The notes: generated by a model from the sequence alone, not told the origin. Counted from the whole stretch's first letter, positions 29,062-41,485 are shown. The stretch is DNA of 63,711 bases, filler included, from Bigelowiella natans CCMP2755 (GCA_000320545.1; 6 parts of 6 records of this genome joined end to end with filler, not necessarily neighbours in it), one strand, 5' to 3'. Made by a program: numbers and translations.

Positions 29062-29658
29062 GCTAGTAGGGCTCCCATCAAGATGTGAAGAACGACAAAG
29101 AAGTATTGGCGTCTTAAGAGTTTTTCAAGATTGATTGCAACGTCAAGCGAAGATTCAGACGATATGTCACGGTCTATGGATCTCGAAATCTAGAAGTTTT
29201 ACTGCGTGACGACCTTTGATACATAGAAATGTAATGTGTGGAACGCTATGGATTGTATGTGTGGACTCAATGTCTTCACAATGAACCTATAATGTATCCA
29301 CTCGATCTATCTAGTTTTTCTAATTGTTGAATGCGCCTGGACTGCAGCTAGCAGGTTTGACGCCGTAGACTTCTATTCCTTGTAGTGCAAGCTGCATTTT
29401 TTGAACGTCTAGCTAGCTAGCTAGCTAGATGCATGTGCTAAAGCCATGCTAGCATGCTACATGTGTGCACATTGATCACGTGCTGTGATTTGTTGCTCCT
29501 TTGCGCGATTTGTCGATCCGTTGCAAGCACTAGAGCATCATCATCATACGATACAATCTAGACAATGCACATCTGTCACATGCATGATGAGGGTCTTCAT
29601 GCAAACGCGCTTCAGTGGCTAGGTGGTGTGAAGCAGTCTAGCAGTGCTATGTGCATTA

Positions 29659-29798
29659 GCTGCTGCTGCTGATTGTTGTTTGCTACTGTTGCGATGGTGA
29701 TGTGAAGGTACACATGACCGGCAAACATAAACGTGTTCTCTGTTCATCTCTGAGTGCACAAGCTTGCTTCTAACTTGGAACAGGGTGGTTCTTCCGGC
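29659..29798 (+). repeat. Degenerate direct copy of a GPR107 acceptor plus exon (source ~28565-28690)
   Basis: Shares ctgttgcgatggtg, aaggtacacatg, aacgtgttctctg, ctgagtgcacaagcttgct, cttggaacagggtgg and cttccggc with the source, with indels. Confidence 0.9.
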
Positions 29799-29923
29799 AT
29801 GGTAGTGAGACTAGAGGTATGAAATGGTCACATTGCGCTGCTAGACATGACGAAGTACTATGAACCACACATGTAATTAGATGGACGTTATCATAGTCTA
29901 GTACTACATTGAATGTTACCAAT

Positions 29924-31052
29924 CAATTACTTAACTTTTTGTCCTGTTGTCCATACATTTTGCGTTTCTTTTTCAACTTGCTGTTTTTGCATTCGTGTGG
30001 CTTTTGCTTTGGCACAAACGAGAAAACAGAAGCTGATCTTGTGAGGATTTCAATCTTCAGATGCTTTTTAAGACGCTCAATTTCTCCCTTCCTTAACAAG
30101 CGAACCTCCTCTTCAAAGCGTTCCTCAACATGTACACCTGAAATCTACATACCCAACAAAATTTTGTAATAGTTAAATTCAATGGATTAAACTACGTTCC
30201 ACCAGCTTCGGCCCTCCAACAAGTCCGAACAGGCGTTTACCATCTTTAACAACCTTGAATGATGACAATCTAGTTTTAATGTTTTCGCACTTCAGATTGT
30301 GTGTAAATACTGATGATCTGTGCTCATTGTATATTAGAAATGAGGTGGCAAGTTTCACTATAAGCGTAAGTAGGTCGAAGAAAAACATTACACATTGATC
30401 CCAAATGACTATTTTAGATAGTATTGTTCGATTTTTAGACTCTATTTTCGTTAACGGCAAAAATCCAGGACTAAATGGAAACAAATAAATATGTCGATAC
30501 CACTTTCGTACGCGAGGTTGGTTTTTTAAGCCTCGGTATTGGCAAACGAGCCCCAACTGTTTGCGATCGTATTAAAATACATCCGTCCTCTGCCAAAGTG
30601 GATTCTATCGACGTAAATCTAAATATAAAGACATATTTTATGATAACTACCCTTTGAAAATTGTTCAGTTGGTTCTACTCGAGTTTGCATTCTTCTTCGT
30701 TGAATTCACTGAACGCGCTTATTCGTTTGACTTTTCCTGGAGCAACCGTACGAATATCATGAACTATTTTTTTAAGATCGATCACTTTCCTCAAGACCTG
30801 CAATGAAAATTATAAGGAATACATTTCCTTAACCTCTGGTTAATGACATTTATCGATGTTTCTTATTTCGCCACGTATTCTTTAATTTTTACTGAATTAA
30901 TGAACATGCATGAATCTGAACTCGAAAGAAATTACGTTTAAGTCGTCAAGCTCACATAGGACCTCCCTGGTCAAGTCCTGACGATATTTACTCAATTTGA
31001 ACTTTTCAACTGATCTTCCTACCTTCAACTTGAATCAAATTACGCCTAAACA

Positions 31053-31126
<74 letters not shown>

Positions 31127-31518
31127 ACATACACAAATACTCTATGCGAACGTGTATGTATGATGTTAGATTTCTAACATAATAGGAAATATTTTGAGTG
31201 CCTCTCCTTTCTTCACCATACTTCAGAAAGTAGTGTTCGTCTTTGGAGCCGTGTCATTAGCTAACAGAGAATTATGCATAAAATCCATGCAAGAAAAATA
31301 GTTTGACGTGAGCTAGACGAGAAATATTTTCACATGTACCATCTCTCGTATTACCTTTGCCCGAGGCAGGACTTTGGGCAGTTCATACGCCATGGCCAAG
31401 CCGCGTGGATTAAAGTAAGACCTAGAAACGCCCTCGATTTTTCTACTGCGACAGAGTCTCAATACAAATTTCCAGTTTGGATTTGTAACAGCACAATTTC
31501 AGCTCGCTTCCCATTCAT
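29924..31518 (-). CDS. Hypothetical multi-exon basic protein
   Basis: Exons with canonical splice sites: MNGKRAEIVLLQIQTG..VLRLCRSRKIEGVSRSYFNPRGLAMAYELPKVLPRAK (needs a 1-nt fix near 31467), VGRSVEKFKLSKYRQDLTREVLCELDDLN|VLRKVIDLKKIVHDIRTV...CKLE|FTSIESTLAEDG...TKV, SSVFTHNLKCENIKTRLSSFKVVKD|GVHVEERFEEEVRLL...KKLSN*. No family recognised. Confidence 0.5.
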
Positions 31519-31679
31519 TTTTTCGAGCCTGCACCTAAGTGCACTCTGTGTTGCTGGCGCGCCAAGAGCAAACTCTTGAGTATTTAAGGTAGTATCACCT
31601 GAAGATGTCCTCAAGTCCAACCGAGTTTTATTGTCAATTTTTGCAAGGCCTCCGCCAAATATCAGCACGTTGCTCGGAA

Positions 31680-32760
31680 TCAAGGAGAAGAGCGTGAGAA
31701 CTCAAAACAACTTGAAGAAGCTAATGTGTGCAAGCAGTTTGATAGTTTGATGCCTTTTGTCTTTTTCGAAACTGATCTTGCCACTTCCCGCTAACGATTA
31801 CTCTTCTTGTGTTCAGCAGGTAGATTAGTTTTCAAACGCTACCCCTGCCAGTCTGGTGTGTGCAATGGTGTAGTGAATTCACAATTGCATCAGAAGTGCA
31901 ACCCTGACTGTGACTTCAAAATGACCCTTCCAAATTTGGTAAAGTTAAGTAAGTTTAGAGTGTTTTAAGAATGACTTCTGCACCTCATACACATAATCTA
32001 ATTAGCCGCAAAGAAAATCAGGTGAAAACAGAAATTCAGGTTCCAGGCCTCAGAATGTGAAGAAAGCTGGTGATCAAATCAAACAGCAGAAGTACAACTT
32101 CATGAATTCCTCGTAAAATTTTGCAAATTTGTTTCTTCACTCGTTGATGTAAAGTCTCTGTTTACCCTCTCCCTTGACGTAAACTAGGAACTTAGAGAGG
32201 ATGCAATCAAAATCAAAAGCTGAAAGTTCCTCCAACATGGATGTGTGTGTCATTAGCGGTGAATTGACTGAGGACAAAAAGCAGCCAACACCACAGTCTA
32301 AAGCTGAAGACTTCAGTTCGAGGTGGTAAATGAGACTTGATTTTCCATCCAAATGGTTGAAGCATCACTTTGAAACTAAGAATCTTTGCAGATCAATGAA
32401 CAAGATTGAAGATGTAAAGTCGACTGCATCAAAGGTCTGTGCAATTTGCATTAATTATCCACTTGCTTGTTTTGAGCTTCCCAATCAATGCTTCGGGTCA
32501 GACATGATGCACACAGGAACAGGTTCAAATGTCGAATCAGTGATGCCTCATGAATGGGAACGTGATGATGAGTTCATTTTGCAGCTGTGAACATGCTTCA
32601 TCGCCCAATTTGTCACAATTGAACATCATGCATGTATCTGCTTTTTGGCTTCTAGTACACACGCATATTATGTACGCAAGCACTGATGGCATTTTGTCCC
32701 ACACATGTTCGTCTAAGTGAAAGTGTAAATTGTACAAGAACAGTGCATTGATTGTTGCAA
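31680..32760 (+). pseudogene. Probable decayed coding relic, depleted in TpA and CpG
   Basis: About 135 codons in one plus frame with a single stop (RNLERMQSKSKAES...SSRW*MRLDFPSKWLKHHFETKNLCRS...ILQL*, ~32184-32590), rich in Cys/His/Met. Exon-like segments upstream. No family recognised. Confidence 0.35.
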
Positions 32761-32946
32761 GTCCACATGACTGCATAGACAAATAGATCTAGAGAAATAG
32801 ATGTGTTCGCGACATGGCGATCCCGCTCAATGTCGCGATTTCTTCGTAGAAGGTTTCGGTGACTGCTACTTTGCGCAGTGAAATGACGACAAACACTTAT
32901 CTTTATTCTTGACAACCTCCAGAATCACATTGCGTAAAATGTACGC

Positions 32947-34747
32947 TTAATACCCTGAGAGATAGTATTGAAAGTAGGCGTTGAGAGCTTGAGAAACATA
33001 AAAACTTAGATCGTCAGCAAAGTTATAGCTCTCGTTCTGGGCCTCGTGGTCGGATGAGGGCGTATCGCTATCGACGCCCTTCTGTTGCGCCCGAAAGATG
33101 GTGATGCCAAAGCAGACTGATGTTCCCTAAACCACACATCAAATGCCATGCTATCACATCGAAAATATGTACAGTGCGAAGATTATAGTCCTATATTTTC
33201 TCCCTTCTTAGGTCGAGCTAAAGTAAACCTTTTTATATTTCACCACCACACACGCACTACCACAGCCATGGACAAATATCCAAAGAAGAGAAGTCTATCA
33301 ATACGATGCAGCAACGCTTTCCACAGTCTCATTCGTGAGCGATTTCCAGACGCGGCTGCCCCAGAAGCTCTGTATTTCCTAGGACTGTTGGTATGGTTGA
33401 CGCTAATTTCATCCGCATTTGTATGCCTCGGTTTTCTCGGGGATGATGAGCCCAAAACGGCATTCGTTTCTCTATTTCTATTATTATCAGTCGGCGTTTT
33501 TTTATCTGCTACGGAAATCGAGGTGCCTTGCCTCAGTAGCTCACACTCCTGCAATCGAGTGCTCGCTGGTGGTGAAGTCGATCTTAGTGATGGAGAAGAG
33601 CCAGAGGGTATTGCCTTAGAGACCCTACCCACCCTAGCAGCAGGAGCTTCTTTGCTTTTCTCTACGGTGTTCCAGCTAGACTGCTGCTGTTTTTTGAGAT
33701 TCGCGCTTACCAATGAGCGTAGGAGCAGGAGACTACGAATATATAGGTTGCCTGCCGCGCATACCGCAAATCCTGTCGCACCCCAGCTTACAGACACCCA
33801 TCGGTAATCGTCATTAACAATGGTACCTATGGTACCTATGACTACAGCGATTGTTGTTATCACTGCTCCTGTTTACAAAAACGAAAATTATATCAAGCAT
33901 CCAGAGATCCAAAGCTGTGATGCTCTTACCTGCTATCACCATTAATGTAATGTAGGTGGGAAGCGATTCTGTTAGTTTGGCAGCAGTGTATTGCGCCTTC
34001 GTTATCGCCAGCGAGGTGTACTGAAAATGTGCACGACCTTATTTAATTACAAGCTTTTACTATGATTTTGATTATTGCTCTTTCTGAAATGCTAACGCAT
34101 CAGGTCGAACAAAACGCGTTATATACACAGCCATTGAATCGAGCATATATTGTATATCATAAAGAAATGAATGCCATATCGATCGATTATCCTCACCCAA
34201 ATGCAGTAGCTGAAGAGCAACTTTCCAGATTGATTTTCGTGTTGATCAAAATTTCACATACCAGCACAGGTGTTAAAAGAGAGCAAACAAGGGGTATTAT
34301 TGTCAGCTGTGCTAGTTGTTGATTGATGATGAAAAGATAATGTCGTTGGATATTTGGCTAAAACAACTCTAACATAAATTGATTACAGCAGTAACTTTTG
34401 CTCGATTTGTCTTACAAGGGTCGTGCCCATCATTGCAGAACGAAATTCCCAGCCAGCGTTCACAGGATCATGTAATGTTATGTGCCATGTAAAAATGAAC
34501 ACCGCAACGGCTATTGTCAGCCTAACCATGATGTTTTAAAGGACTGTAAGCAAGAAAAAATTCTTCACATTGGCATCGTTAAGCTCGAGATTTTCACTAA
34601 TTCATGTTCATACAGGATGAATCTGGTAACGAATTCACTCTGGCCAGCACGTTTGGCCTTATGATAGAGGTATGTCCCGAAAAACATTTCAGCGATGGCG
34701 AGCAAGGCCTTCACCGTGTCGCTGATCACCCATGCAGTGTTCGCCAT
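32947..34747 (-). CDS. Orphan multi-pass (7TM/GPCR-like) membrane protein with a long Ser/Arg-rich cytoplasmic loop
   Basis: Exons: MANTAWVISDTVKALLAIAEMFFGTYLY..|NIMVRLTIAVAVFIFTW..|LTIIPLVCSLLTPVL|..|YTSLAITK..YITLMVIA|GAVITTIAVVIG..WGATGFAVCAAG..(long loop)..RLLFFGYLSMAV|CFGITIF..SYNFADDLSFYVSQALNAYFQYYLSGY*. There are 6-7 hydrophobic segments, and two 1-nt homopolymer indels are needed. Confidence 0.7.
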
Positions 34748-35452
34748 TCTCAATTGCTCAAGATCCAGTTATGTTTTGCGTTTGTGCTTGAACATTAGAA
34801 CACTGCCACGATTTTTGTTTTCTATTTCGGTGTATTCATGTCGCAGGATGGAAACCATCACAATCTTCCATCCTTTTATTTTTTTCCTTTCTCGCTAACT
34901 TGCTACACTAAAAAGGAAGCAAGCTTTTCTCATGGACAATGAAGCATTACGTAGGGTAGATCTACGTAATTTCTTCGAGCCATTTTTTTCTTTAGTTTTA
35001 TTGATTCTTTGACGATGTCGCACACAGTGAATCTCCTCACTATTTTCCTCTATGGCATCCCCGATTTACTTTAAGTCTGGTGCACAGAATCCAGTGCATT
35101 TCATCTGAAGATTTTACTGATGAAATGTGTCGGAATTTGGCGAAGAACAGAATTCACAAGATATTTCGGGCATAAAATTTTAATCGCCCACCTTTTCAGG
35201 CTGTTAAAAATTACCTAATTTTATGCGTATTTGAAACAAAAAAAAAAGACCACAAAATTGCGGCAAGTCTGTCCCACCTGCCAGCCTGCCAGACAGCCAG
35301 TCACACAAGACGTAGACCAAGGACTTGGTGGGAAGACAAAGGGCTATACGCTCAAAAATTTTTGGGGCAAGGTGTGATCAGGATGTGACGTCTCCTATTA
35401 CAAATTTGCATGCAAACAGGATCCGTCTCTCCTACATCAGCGATTGCTTTAC

Positions 35453-38023
35453 ATGTCGCCTATGTTGCTGAGCGTTCCTCTGACGCCGTGTAAATTTCAT
35501 GTTAGAGGCAACTCTAGCGATAGTTCTTGGCGGGGGTGAGAGCGTGCTTCAATGAGCAGGAACAGATGAACAAGAAAATGAAATGCAGGTGCTGATTCGA
35601 GAAAATTTTCCATGGAATATTAATCTCTAGCTTGCGACTTTTTCTCTCAAATCAATATGTTCATATTTTGTTGTGACTTTTTTTCTCAAACCAGTACTTC
35701 AGTATTATATTTTATTTTCAAGGGTCTCCCCCTTTACCTCCGGAAATCATTAAATTATTTAATTTGGCTGATAGTCGGCGCTACGTTTCATTTTAGGGAC
35801 ATACAAGTCCAGTTGTTTCAACCAAAAGACCTTCATGCACTCATCTGTGCGCACAAATCCTCTGCATACTCTGGCCGAAATGTTGGAAGGAAGAGAAGGA
35901 GAGTAGCTGTTGTTGAAAATCTTGCAGCTGATAGCGTCTCAAGCTTCGAATGCAAGAATGGAACCTTGGTGGTTTTGGAGGCTGGAGTTACTGATAAGCC
36001 GCCAGGAGAAGACGGTGACTAAGCACGTCTAGGAGTCAATATTCGTTACGATCGAAATGGCTTTTGTGCAGAATAAAACAGATACTCAGCAAGAAGTTCT
36101 CACAAATAGTCTAATATAAGTGCTTTAATGTTACCATTTCTCTCTTTCGTGCCTGTATGTTGGCAGGAATCCCAGGGTCAATATATCTGAATGCTCACGA
36201 TTTGGAGCACTGGCCGGTCGAAGGCGAACGACTCTCGCAGGGTTCTGGCAATCTGATATCCCCCCAGAGACTCAAAGGTATGTACAAGCACTCTCGTAGA
36301 ATGCGCGCTCATTTGTATACCGCTGTTATCCAAAGCATCTACACCGGCTGCAATCGACCGTGAACGAGGAACTTTTTGTGTTTTCCAGAAATATTTCTGC
36401 CGCTGGGGGTAGAGCACCGCAGCACCGTCGCAGTCTCGTTCCGTGCATACCAAGAGCACAACCAGCCGATCGCTGCTTGCAGAGTGATGTGGGCCTTGGC
36501 TGTGATAGGTGTGAAGAACCTCATCCTTCTCGACGGGGGCTATCTAGCTTGGAGGTCAGCTTCGATGCAAAATAAACGTAGTACAAAGAAGAAGGGGGTG
36601 GGGGAGGGGGGGGTTCAAAAATAACGGTAAAATAGTGTCTCAAAGATTATTCCACGTTCCACAAACGAAAGAGCATCGATGCATTTTATTCGATCGTCCG
36701 AGTTCGCGGTAGCGACGCGACTAAGACTAAGCGCGAAACAGGGATGGTTTTTATCTTTTGACGTGGCTGCATAGCTGTAGGATACAGCCAGAGTTGTAGA
36801 GACAAAGGACCAAAAACCATCATTATGTTTCAATGATGATCCGTTAGCAAGCATGTAATGGGCCTCTTTCATCGACAACAATTTCCCAACACAAATAGGA
36901 GAGCCAAGCTTCCTACCTGCAAGTTCTTCTACCCTAAGGAAGGCTGCAAAGGAATAAAGACGGCAGTGACTGCCGCAATCCCCGTCGTCGCCACAGCAGC
37001 CGCTGAGAATGCCTCCTACATCTCTCGCCTCAGCAAAGCCAGAAGGCCCACTTCCTCCTCCTCAATGGATCTGAGCTCGACGAATAGGCGGCGTGCGAAA
37101 ACGAAAGGGAGGGCCGAGACCGGCTACTCTGCCACCGATAATGAGCACATAGAGCAAGAAGAAGAAGAGGAGGAGGAGAAGATTAGGCAAGTTGATGATA
37201 ACACCAGCATGACATCACTGGCAGAAGGCAGGGCGATAAAACCGCTCGAATTGAAACCCCAAACAGCGTCAGACCACTCTCCCTCTGGGCGCAGTACTAG
37301 TACTACTACTAGTAGTAGTAGTGTTAGTAGTTGCGGAAATGAATACAGCAGCTATTGCCCAACTAGCAGTAGCAGCAGTGTCGTGGTGGAGTCCGCAGGC
37401 TCCTCTCCTCTTCATCGTTCCCCTTATAATCCTCCTCCTCTTCCACCTCTTCCTCGTCCTCCCCCCCCTCCCTACAACCCTCACTCGGTGAATGCGAGTA
37501 CGAAATTGGTCGAGGAAGTAGTTGACGGGCGGAGGGGAGGGGCAGTACTTGCCGATGTGCGTGCCTGGGAGGAGCACACTGGCGTGCGCCATAATTACGC
37601 GTTTATCAAGCTGAAGGGCCGAATTCCTGGATCAAAGTAAGAGGAGAGAGGAAGAGAGAGACAGGAGGGAGGTTGGGGGGAAGGGGGGGGGGGGGGGGAT
37701 TCGTGGGTATGAAAAAACGGCATTTCGTCGAATTCAAAGCCTGTTCACCACGACACCGCTGTCATGTCAACCTTAACGCCACCACCGATACGGCAAATAG
37801 ATGGCGACTAACAACCCTGCGGCAGAATATGCTATGATAGAAGCATTACTTTAGGTGGGCGCGATGGGGTCCTAGTACGTATATTGGGGGCGACTTTTGG
37901 AATACTGAAATCGGGTGCGTTGGAGCATTAAATGGATGTTGCCCTCTCTCCTTGCTCTCTCTCTCTCTCTATCTCTATCTATCTATCTATCTATCTCTCC
38001 CTCTCTGTATGTGCATTTGTGTA

Positions 38024-38063
<40 letters not shown>

Positions 38064-38717
38064 GTACTTGCCTGGCTTGCACGCATCTGATCACTACTCA
38101 TACGTGCGCTATGGGAAATAAACCCCTTCCCCCCTCCCCCCCAAAAATCTAGCCGGCTCCGTCCGCTGGGAATTATTGAAAGGCTGTGGGCCAAGGAGGG
38201 CATTCGGAAGCCAAAGAACGACCGTGAAGCTGTCATTTTCTACTGCGGATCAGGATGGAGATCGGCGATGGCTTGGGTAAGCGAGGCATTACGCGTGCCC
38301 AGGCGACATGCTTTCTTCTTACCAAATCACACTCCACAGCTATTCTACCGCTCATGCTGTCTGCCACTCCAGGTTATTTCGAAGCTGCTAGGTTGGAAGA
38401 ACACATACAACTATGATGGTCAGTAGATATAGGACATGCCATGCACCCTCCCTGTGATATGGGAGATTACGTGCGTCAATTTTCGCCTTCTTCGTCGATG
38501 CCATCACCGCCAACATGATGATAGCAAGTTATCTTCATCACCATCGTTATTCACAGGAGGCTGGTTAGAATGGTCGATGACGCATCCCAACGCTCCCCGG
38601 CACAAGCTTGAGATAGTCGGCCCGACCCCCCCTCCATCGCCCCCCGAATACCTCGCGGATACCCCGGGAATCTCGGGGGGCTCTGTGAGATCTAGCGACG
38701 ACAGGAAGATGCGATAA
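35453..38717 (+). CDS. Tandem-rhodanese thiosulfate sulfurtransferase, YnjE-type
   Basis: Exons: GIPGSIYLN; ACRVMWALAVIGVKNLILLDGGYLAW; DVRAWEEHTG..KGRIPGSK|WARWG; VIFYCGSGWRSAMAW (active-site loop); LGWKNTYNYD|GGWLEWS (C-terminal rhodanese signature). Start codon uncertain. Confidence 0.9.
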
Positions 38718-39739
38718 TGGAGAAAAACACCATTTCGCCCTTCTGGTAGCGGCAGCTGGAGCGATGATAATAAGCCCTGCTACATTTTCGTCAGGCAGTG
38801 AAGAAGAGATCGGAAGGCGCAAGTCACCAAATGATAGACAAGTAATATAATATATATATACTATGTATGATGTTAATGTGTCTATTGTGTCTATTATCCA
38901 AGCGTGGACATCCATACCAAAAGTGGTATCAACTGATATCGCATCACCAATCTATCATTATTCGGGCCGTTAAGGCATCTAGATGCGCTGGTCGTTCCAA
39001 AAGCGCGACGCCATTTTAAGTCAACTAATGCTACTCTTAAGTGAAGGCCGTTAAATTCACAAGGAGCTCTATGGCTGCTATTATACTATCTGCTCAGATC
39101 ACATGGATGAATGCATGTGCGAGTGCCCATGCGGCAACTACTGTTTGTATCTACGTACAGCATGCTAGCATGTACTATATGCATGTGCCTAGATGCGGAT
39201 GGAAGGATGGATGGATACGTACACATTTATAGAAAACAGTTAAATTTATGGATATAAAGCTATAGATAGCACATGGTGCACGATATTCTATACGTGCTGC
39301 ATAGCGATGTTGCGTGCTTTTGTCTTTTAGTTGTACCATCAATCCACCATGCTAGCATGCACTAAACGCGAACGTGTAGCGCCATATGCATAAGGATTGT
39401 TCATATCTAGCATGCACGGACACGTACACACACACACACACACACACCTAGCGATCCGCATATCACGGCACCCTGCACACGCTGAGCAGGCGCTACATGC
39501 ACTGGACCAGACAACAGCTCTTAATTACTGTGTCAACATAGACATTTATACATTCCCGAAACATGCATTGAACTCGTTATTGTCTGACGACTTGGCGCAC
39601 ACATCGCATCATCGACCGCGCATGCAAAATGAACACGGCCGGCGCATAATTTGTTGCGATGTTTTGTCTGTCTGTCCGATGCAGCACGGACGCAGCCGTG
39701 TCTGTATCACAGTGGCTCTGAAGAGCAAGTAGGACGCAC

Positions 39740-39957
39740 TCATGGAGGGTTGCAGCTGGGATCCTTAGCCATCGGCACCATTCCCTTCGTGTACCCGGGC
39801 AACGGTCCGCCCCCCTTGAGGCGTAGAAGTAAGCAAGCAAAAACAGCTTTCAATAGAAGTGATATTATTAGCTGCCGATAGTGTGGAACGGGGATGGTGG
39901 TATGAGGATAGGTGTGGGGGAGTGTGTGTGTGTGTGTGTCCTATGTTTATATCATAA

Positions 39958-40000
<43 letters not shown>

Positions 40001-40435
40001 AAGTGGGATTTCCTACTTTGAAAAGGGACGACGGCAGAGTAAAGGCACCTGCAGCGTCTCCACGGCACAGTGGAATTATGTCCTTTCGAGTGAAGAAAAC
40101 GAAACGTTTTTGGTTGTCGTTCAGAGAGAAAAGAGCGTCGTTCGGATAGAGAAGAGAGAAGAGCGAGAATGACAGAAGGGAGGAGAGATAGCGATAGAAG
40201 CATAGAAAAAGACCGAGAGAGAGAGGGAGAGGGGTTGGGGGGGGAGGGGGGCAAATACGATTTTGGAAACAGCGAAAAGATACCATGATAGGTTACATTT
40301 CCCCCCCCGCTCATGTTGGATTTCATTCAACCTCGTAAAACCCTCCCCCCTCCCCCCCTTCCCTTTCTCTACGCCGAGGTACAAGAAACTTACAGCTGCC
40401 GCCTGTTCCCATTTGCTGGTGTCTATCTTGCCCAT
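39740..40435 (-). CDS. Small three-exon ORF, 49 aa (could be the 3' end of a longer gene)
   Basis: MGKIDTSKWEQAAA|gtaagt..cag|VPLLCRRPFSK|gtagga..aag|GGGPLPGYTKGMVPMAKDPSCNPP*; all junctions are phase 0. Confidence 0.55.
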
Positions 40436-40466
40436 CTTGCATGTGGGTAAATCCTCATAGTCCGAC

Positions 40467-40506
<40 letters not shown>

Positions 40507-40569
40507 ATCATGATGAAAAAACTATTCATCCAATGCACGTACACTGTTTGCAGCACCAAACTGAATGAA

Positions 40570-40669
40570 NNNNNNNNNNNNNNNNNNNNNNNNNNNNNNN
40601 NNNNNNNNNNNNNTTAATTAATTAANNNNNNNNNNNNNNNNNNNNNNNNNNNNNNNNNNNNNNNNNNNN
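40570..40669. other. Artificial contig-joining spacer
   Basis: N44-TTAATTAATTAA-N44. Confidence 0.99.
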
Positions 40670-40964
40670 CTCCCCCCCCCCCAACCTTCTTTCCAAAATT
40701 AATTTTCGATGGGTGTTAGCCCACGGGTTTCGCCTGTGGTTGGGCCGCCCGACCCACGCCAGCATTCCCCCATGTCCACCAAATGTTGGCCCCCCCCCCC
40801 CCCTTCAAAGGGCCCCCCCCCCATTTTCCCCCCCCCCCCTCTATCCCCCCCCCCCTTTCCGTTTTCATATATAGCTTCCCCTCCTTCACCGCTATGTTTG
40901 GGTGTTCCCCATCACCATCAGCATCACCATTATCATCGCCACCCCTCCCTACCGAAAGTGCTAC

Positions 40965-41397
40965 CGGCTGCTCCTTAGCAGGCGCTTTGGCAGCAGGGCT
41001 TCCACCGAAAAGCCCCGCAAAGAAGTTCCCCTTCTTCTCCCCAGCAGCAGCAGCAGGAGCAGCTGGAGAGGGAGCAGGAGCCTCCTTCTTAGCGGGGGCT
41101 GGGGCTACATCCTTCCCGGGCTTGGCGGCAGCGGGTTTCGGTTTCGGAGCAGCGGCCTTGGGGGGGGGGGGAACAGGCTCAGGCGTTGGCTTTGGCGCAG
41201 CGGCCTTTGCTGGAGGAGCGACGGACTTCTTCGGGGTTGCCTCGGGGGCGCTTTTCTTTGGAGCAGCAGCAGCAGCTTGAGCAGGGGGCGAGGGTGCTTT
41301 TTGGAAGAAACCGCTGAAGATGTTCTTGCCTGCAGCCTTTGGTGCAGCCTTGGGGGGGGAGAGGGGGAGGGGGATGTTGTTGGATTTAGAGGGGTAT

Positions 41398-41436
<39 letters not shown>

Positions 41437-41447
41437 GTGTATATATA

Positions 41448-41485
<38 letters not shown>

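Noticed and set aside
31690-32940. Long minus-strand frame with TGA/TAA read-through (alternative code or selenoprotein)
   Set aside because: About 13 stops in ~290 codons is close to random expectation, and the conserved genes here end in standard TAA, TAG and TGA.
33148-33807. 219-aa plus-strand ORF
   Set aside because: Antisense shadow of the large exon of the minus-strand membrane protein gene.
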